From a virus (Duplodnaviria; Caudoviricetes): a stretch of 30,486 nt of DNA. Shown here in pieces: positions 25,323 through 30,486 of this stretch (positions are counted from its first letter, which is position 1; every line of letters begins with the position of its first letter). The position numbers and the translations under genes are program-made. The stretch spans positions 1 to 30,486 of IMG/VR virus record IMGVR_UViG_3300049455_000065; one strand, 5' to 3'. A model generated the notes under the pieces. It was not told the origin of the DNA, ran no database searches, and saw only the letters and a list, made by a program, of their open reading frames with translations.

Positions 25323-27929
25323 TTATCCTTCCGTAACCAAAGCGCGATCATTGGATTGTAGTAAACGTACCGTTAGAAAGGTGAGCGGCAGCGATGGCGC
25401 GACCTTTAACTCGACGATGAAACGTCCCTGATCAATGCTTTGCGGCGTATTCAGATAACTTTTGGTCACGACCTGAAACGCCTCGCTCGCTGTATTGCCT
25501 GCGAGGGCACCGCGAATAAAGAGTTGCTCAAGCATAGCCTCGAAACCGCGCTGTACCTGGCGGCGGAATGCGCCATTGTTTGGCTCAAAGACATAGTCTG
25601 CTCCCAGGCGTAAGGCGAGCCGCCGTAGGAGTATCAAGAGCCGCCGAACGTTGATTGATCGCAATTCCGTGTCGTCGCTCAGTGTATCAGCACTCAAATA
25701 AAGGAATCCGCGCGGCTCCTGGTGAATGATATTCAGCTGGGCTTCTTGCAGGTCGAGCCAGCGTTCGCGAGCAAGTGGCGGGTATAACGCCACAATGTTA
25801 CTCATCACCTCATTCGCAGGCGCAATCCAGGCGCCACGGTTGAGTGCTCGCTGTGCCATGATACCAGCAGCTGCGCCATCAGGTGGAGTTTGGCGCAGCA
25901 TGTCCAACTGACTATTTTCACGTCCAATCAGCCAGGGATGGTAGAGCGAACCAAAGCTGAATGCGCGAGCTTCATCGAGACCTGACAAGCCAACATCCAC
26001 TGCTCTCACAGATGTTTCAGGCGAAAAGGACGATTTTAGCTGCAAAACGTGCGTTAGAGCGGCATCTTCCCGATAATGCGCTGGTAAGACCATGACCGCG
26101 AAGATATCACCACGAGCGCCACACAACCGCAAAAGCGCCCTCTGCACCTGGAGTATTGGTTTCTCAGTCGGTAGTGTGTCGTATTGTTCGGATGTGTTGT
26201 ATTGCCATTGTACAGCCGGGGCAACACGTACAACGACTCCATTGGACCAATCGCTTACAATACCTTCGATTTGGGCATTGACGCGATAATAGTAGTCACG
26301 AGGGCTACGATCATAGAGGGTGTGTGAAGTATCAAGACCAGAATAGATCACGGCGGCTCCCGCAAAATCAGGGCTGGTAGACTCTTGCAGCGTATAGCGA
26401 ACTGTCTGCTGGGCTGTGCCAACTGCCTTCCAGGAGAGCGCATAGCTGCTTGGCTGTATCTTTGGTTGTGGTTGCGTCAACGTTGGCGCAGAAGTAACAG
26501 GTACAACGGCACAGTTCTGAAATGTCGGTGCTGGCAATTGTGCTGTTGGTGGCTGCGGTTTTGGCGCTGGTGGGTCCTGTGGGTCTCCTCCGTCATAAAT
26601 CGAAGTCCAGCCGCGCTGCACCGCATCAGGCACGGCTATAATGGTTGCCTCCTCGATACCAAGCGCCGCGTGGATACCCTGAAGCGGACGCGGCAACGGA
26701 CGTTGATAGCGAATGAAATCTGCGATTGCCAGCAAATTCTCTGTGCTCACTCCTTCAATCATGTCATGATCGAGAAAGAGGCTGCTTTCAAACTGCGCCA
26801 ATCCATCGCGATCAAGAGCCGTCTCAGGCCGGGGCGTAGCGGAGCCGGGCACAGGAATAGTGGGCCGCTGTTCCGCACTTTGAAAAGCTTTATAGAAGCT
26901 GTCGAGCGAGAAAAGCTGCAGATCCGCCGGGAGATAGTAATATGTACCAGTATCCCAGCCCGCTAGTGGAAAGTTCGCAGCTGTCGCTTCCTGCCAGAAT
27001 GCCGCAAAGCTGTTCTCGATAGGAACGCCCGAATCCGCATATACCTGCTCGTCTGTCGGCAGAGCGCCCGCGAAGCGTGGGTGCTGCGGATTGAAGCCAA
27101 GATTGCCGAGACGAGTAAAGCTGCCATCCGCAAAGCGCACCCAAAGCTCAAACGATACGACAGCCCCCTGCGCCTGCACATTCGTCGACGGCGCGGGCAC
27201 AGTATCAGCGAGTATGGATTGCAATGAGAGCGGCTGCTTGAAGAGAAAGAGCCTGTGCGCTGCCAAGGTATAAACCTGAGTCTTAGAAAAGACTGGCATG
27301 GCCGGAGTACGAGTCACGCTGTCGATGAGCGCAAAAAGGATATAGTCACTTTTTTTAAAGGTATAGGTTAATTGTAAGAGACGCCCCGGCTCGACGGCGA
27401 AATCGGAGGTCAGTGTCAGCGACAGGCTGGTTTTATCATCGGCGAATCTGAGGTCGCTGACAGCGGCAGTCTCGCTGATCAAGGCTGCATTGACCTGTAG
27501 ACCATCGGACCAGCTACCCGCCGAACGGGCCTGAATGAGCGCCGGGCGAATATCCCACTGCTTGCCTTGCTCAATCCATTGCAAGCGTACCATACCGGGA
27601 ATGGAGAAGAGATTGTAGACAGCGAGCGCGCTTGCTACGCGAATAATCCAACAGCGGCGCCCACCGTTTCGGAAGAAGGCACGAACCGCAGGAGCAAGAT
27701 AGGCGTAGATGACCTCGCCTTGCTGTTCGTCCCAGGCCAGCGGCAGATCATCACCAAAGATGGCGGTAAAATGGATAACGTCCTCTACCGCAACCGGAAT
27801 GTGCAACGGCCCAGACGTGGCAAAGCCGACGAAGACCGCCACGTCCATGCGCGGCAGCACATCAGTGAGCGGCGGCGGTTGCACCTCAAAGCGGATTCCG
27901 GCTAGGCGTCGTGACGTTTGTATACCCAT
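25323..27929 (-). CDS. Second, enlarged tail sheath-family protein with Pro-rich and FN3-like insertion, 868 aa
   Basis: Sheath N-terminal motifs (DVAVFVGFATSGP, YLAPAVRAFFRNGGRRCWIIRV) and C-terminal motifs (LYHPWL, PPDGAAAG, WIAPAN, INVRRL, YVFEPN, GRFIVELKVAP), with internal insertions. Confidence 0.9.
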   Translation of the reverse strand: MGIQTSRRLAGIRFEVQPPPLTDVLPRMDVAVFVGFATSGPLHIPVAVEDVIHFTAIFGDDLPLAWDEQQGEVIYAYLAPAVRAFFRNGGRRCWIIRVASALAVYNLFSIPGMVRLQWIEQGKQWDIRPALIQARSAGSWSDGLQVNAALISETAAVSDLRFADDKTSLSLTLTSDFAVEPGRLLQLTYTFKKSDYILFALIDSVTRTPAMPVFSKTQVYTLAAHRLFLFKQPLSLQSILADTVPAPSTNVQAQGAVVSFELWVRFADGSFTRLGNLGFNPQHPRFAGALPTDEQVYADSGVPIENSFAAFWQEATAANFPLAGWDTGTYYYLPADLQLFSLDSFYKAFQSAEQRPTIPVPGSATPRPETALDRDGLAQFESSLFLDHDMIEGVSTENLLAIADFIRYQRPLPRPLQGIHAALGIEEATIIAVPDAVQRGWTSIYDGGDPQDPPAPKPQPPTAQLPAPTFQNCAVVPVTSAPTLTQPQPKIQPSSYALSWKAVGTAQQTVRYTLQESTSPDFAGAAVIYSGLDTSHTLYDRSPRDYYYRVNAQIEGIVSDWSNGVVVRVAPAVQWQYNTSEQYDTLPTEKPILQVQRALLRLCGARGDIFAVMVLPAHYREDAALTHVLQLKSSFSPETSVRAVDVGLSGLDEARAFSFGSLYHPWLIGRENSQLDMLRQTPPDGAAAGIMAQRALNRGAWIAPANEVMSNIVALYPPLARERWLDLQEAQLNIIHQEPRGFLYLSADTLSDDTELRSINVRRLLILLRRLALRLGADYVFEPNNGAFRRQVQRGFEAMLEQLFIRGALAGNTASEAFQVVTKSYLNTPQSIDQGRFIVELKVAPSLPLTFLTVRLLQSNDRALVTEG

Positions 27930-27932
27930 TGC

Positions 27933-28385
27933 TTATGCCATCTCCAGGCGTTCGTACGCTAATACTAACTCTTCCATTGCCACAACGTTACCCACTGCAT
28001 TCAAAGGGCCACTGGTGTGCTTGATAATGCGGGCACGCAGCAGTTTCCATTCCAGGACGACATCGGTATGATTCTCGTTCTGTAGCTGTATGACGACAGT
28101 ACGATAGGCACTCTGATCGCCATTACGAATCTGGTCGAGCCATTTGTACAGGTTGAGCGAGCCAATGACACCGCGTTTGAGCGTCACGTCGGTTGATTTG
28201 TTCATACCAGTGATCTTCATGACGCTATTCTCTTTGGCGTTGCCGTTGCGATACTCGGAAACCGTCACCTCCATGCCAATACCGCTACATTCCTGGAACC
28301 CCGCCTCCGGTCCATCGGTGCTGCCTGTACCCAGGTCCACCAGGAAGTTGAATTGTACATAGGGGCGTTCGCGTAAAACTGCCAT
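27933..28385 (-). CDS. Tail tube protein 1 (Afp1-like, T4 gp19 family), 150 aa
   Basis: PYVQFNFLVD, AGFQECSGIGME, EYRNGN, VTLKRGV, W.DQI, GP-LNA, AMEELVLAYE. Strong RBS (AAGGAGG) upstream; directly follows the sheath gene. Confidence 0.95.
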   Translation of the reverse strand: MAVLRERPYVQFNFLVDLGTGSTDGPEAGFQECSGIGMEVTVSEYRNGNAKENSVMKITGMNKSTDVTLKRGVIGSLNLYKWLDQIRNGDQSAYRTVVIQLQNENHTDVVLEWKLLRARIIKHTSGPLNAVGNVVAMEELVLAYERLEMA

Positions 28386-28425
28386 GTATTCCTCCTTTGG
28401 CTTCAGATGAGTCCCGCGCTTATAG

Positions 28426-30486
28426 TTAGCCTCGGCGGTCCCCTGTCCATTGTCCGATGCGGAAAATCACAAACTCGGCGGGTCGCAGCGGCGCAACGCC
28501 GATGAGACAAACGAGACGCCCATTATCAAGGTCGTTTTGAGTCATGGTTGAACGATCACAACGAACGAAGTAGGATGTTTCTGGTTTGTCGCCGAGTAAC
28601 GCTCCCGCTTGCCACTCATTGAGAAGGAAATCTTCGATTGTACGGCGCACATTTGCCCACAGCGCTGGCCCGTTCGGCTCAAAGACAGCAAACTGTGTCC
28701 CTCGGTCAATAGAGTGTTCGAGATAGGCAAAGTAGCGACGCAGGTTGACATACTTCCATTCAGGATCAGAACTGATCGTGCGTGCGCCCCAGAGCCTGTA
28801 GCCGCGCCCCTCAAAGAAGCGGAAGCAGTTAATTCCCTCCGGATTAAGTACCTCTTGTTGACTCTTGTTGAGCATCACCTCAAAACCAAGAGCCAGGTTC
28901 ACCACCTCATTGGCAGGTGCTTTGTAGACAGCACGGGTAATGTCGTTACGAGCATAGATGCCTGCTACGAATCCGCTTGGCGGCAAGTTAATCTCCACAC
29001 GTGTCACCGGGTCGAGAATGCGCACCCAGGGGTAGTAGAGCGCGGCATATTTCGAGTCGAATTTCGCACGCATAGCACGTGCCTGTGAAATTGATAAGTT
29101 ATCGCCACTGTCTAGCACTGCAATGCGATAGCGCATGTATTCGGCATGGGCGATAAGGAGACTAATAATCGTGTTTGCATCGTCTGTCCGTAAGGCTGAG
29201 GAAATGTAGTTTGCTGTAGAGCCAGGTGCTGCAACAATTGAGATGTCATCAATGTCCTCGAATGCTTTCAGACCTGTTTTCGTGGTTTTCGAAGGATCTG
29301 CCACCCCTTCATACTCTCCGGCGCCGGGTTGAAGACCATCGTTCCCCCCCACAAGGTCGACGACTACAGGAGACGGGTCGGCTGCTTTCGGATCGGTGAT
29401 GCCTGTGAGCACGTTGGATGGAAACAACGTTTGTAACACGTCTAGCCCATTGGCAATTTTATCGCCTATCAAAAAGACGATAGGCAGGGTGCGTGCTTGC
29501 GCAAGACTTGCCGGCACATTCGCGAAGTAATCAAACAGTGAGTCGAGCTGGTCGTTGCGTTTGTGCTCAAAATCGGGGGCGAGACCACTCCATACAAGTG
29601 ATGTACCATCGCTTTGTATAGCTGTGACGGTCAGTGTAACAACACGTACACTATCGGTTGAAGGATCAAGACCTTTGCCGTCGTCAGTGTTAAGTCGCAA
29701 GTCCTTGTTAGCAGGATCGCTGTCTTTTTGTTTCGCTTTGCCAAAACGCCACGTGTTTTCGGCTGTGTCGAATGTGGCGATGTAGAACCCACTCACTTTT
29801 GTAGGATTCGCTCCTGTTCCCGTTACCTGATTAATCCACACAATTTCATTGTTGAGCAGGCTTGGAGTGCTTGCTCTATCAGTTGTTGTTGCTGTAGTTC
29901 TCTTTTTGCCACCGAGAACGTTTTGGCCCAGATGGAGCGTAAAGAGGATACGCATATTGCCAGCATCACCGGGGAAGCGGGCGCGAATCTGAATGAGCTT
30001 GTCACTGTCCGCAGGTGGTGTTGCGCTTGCGCCAAGGAGTGCACGTGCGTGCCCATCTTCGTATACAGTAAGCCCCCCTGCTGTTGCTTTAGGGCCATTC
30101 TTTTCGATAGTGGCAGCAGGATAGCTATAGGCAGCAGCATTACTCTTGCCGGCGTCGATAGTTTTATCAGTAGCAAGAACAAATGGCTTGAAGGTACGCA
30201 TACAGTAAAGCCGTTTGCCACCTTCCTCAAAGAATGCGCGTACGGCATGCCATAGGAAGTTGTGCGAGACAGTAGTGGCGGCACTACCGACATACTGTAA
30301 CTGCTTGCGGTCTCCGTAGGCCAGTTCAAATTCACCAAGACTGGTGATAACATCGGGTACTATGTCGATGGGACCAAAGCGAGTTGGACCTATAAACCCT
30401 GTTGTGGTGGTGCTCACGCCTTCAATCGATTTAGAACGGAATGAGACCTCTTCAACATAGACGCCAGGGGCAAGATATTCAGGCAT
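28426..30486 (-). CDS. Contractile tail sheath protein 1 (Afp2/3/4-like, T4 gp18 family), 686 aa
   Basis: N-terminus MPEYLAPGVYVEEVSFRSKSIEGVST. Sheath core motifs YAALYYPW, PPSGFVAGIYARND, KAPANEVV, LNPEGINCFR, LWGARTIS..WKYVNLRR, VFEPN, GVAPLRPAEFVIFRI. The ATG is the last codon of the window. Confidence 0.96.
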   Translation of the reverse strand: MPEYLAPGVYVEEVSFRSKSIEGVSTTTTGFIGPTRFGPIDIVPDVITSLGEFELAYGDRKQLQYVGSAATTVSHNFLWHAVRAFFEEGGKRLYCMRTFKPFVLATDKTIDAGKSNAAAYSYPAATIEKNGPKATAGGLTVYEDGHARALLGASATPPADSDKLIQIRARFPGDAGNMRILFTLHLGQNVLGGKKRTTATTTDRASTPSLLNNEIVWINQVTGTGANPTKVSGFYIATFDTAENTWRFGKAKQKDSDPANKDLRLNTDDGKGLDPSTDSVRVVTLTVTAIQSDGTSLVWSGLAPDFEHKRNDQLDSLFDYFANVPASLAQARTLPIVFLIGDKIANGLDVLQTLFPSNVLTGITDPKAADPSPVVVDLVGGNDGLQPGAGEYEGVADPSKTTKTGLKAFEDIDDISIVAAPGSTANYISSALRTDDANTIISLLIAHAEYMRYRIAVLDSGDNLSISQARAMRAKFDSKYAALYYPWVRILDPVTRVEINLPPSGFVAGIYARNDITRAVYKAPANEVVNLALGFEVMLNKSQQEVLNPEGINCFRFFEGRGYRLWGARTISSDPEWKYVNLRRYFAYLEHSIDRGTQFAVFEPNGPALWANVRRTIEDFLLNEWQAGALLGDKPETSYFVRCDRSTMTQNDLDNGRLVCLIGVAPLRPAEFVIFRIGQWTGDRRG

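Noticed and set aside
1426-30255. Numerous plus-strand ORFs of 60-190 aa
   Set aside because: They are antisense shadows of well-supported minus-strand genes and show no recognisable motifs.
1-30486. Prophage or canonical T6SS interpretation
   Set aside because: No capsid, portal, terminase or integrase genes; no TssJ/L/M, TssB/C or ClpV. Sheath, tube and ATPase motifs are Afp/PVC-type.
1-30486. Host assignment (impression of a moderate-GC soil bacterium such as Ktedonobacteria)
   Set aside because: No marker gene in the window; the impression cannot be supported without a search.

Overview
Almost the whole window is one tightly packed minus-strand gene cluster encoding a contractile injection system (CIS, Afp/PVC-like phage-tail machine). 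No capsid, terminase, integrase or T6SS membrane-complex genes are visible. In transcription order (right to left): sheath 1, tube 1, sheath 2 (with a Pro-rich + FN3-like insert), tube 2, LysM tube initiator, a 57-aa protein, a split VgrG (gpD-like hub + gpV-like spike), a 548-aa protein with a very hydrophobic C-terminus where PAAR normally sits, gp25, baseplate J, an enlarged gpI-like baseplate protein, two paralogous fibre-like proteins, a small coiled-coil protein, a 906-aa protein ending in a six-bladed lectin-like propeller, a possible tape-measure-type protein carrying in-frame REP-like repeats, and an AAA+ ATPase. These are followed by a 1096-aa polymorphic toxin with a probable nuclease tip, a probable immunity gene, a truncated GT2 glycosyltransferase and the start of an ORF running off the left edge. 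The most interesting reading is an apparently PAAR-less, possibly membrane-tethered, glycan-targeting antibacterial CIS variant. All family assignments come from motif recognition by eye, not database searches.
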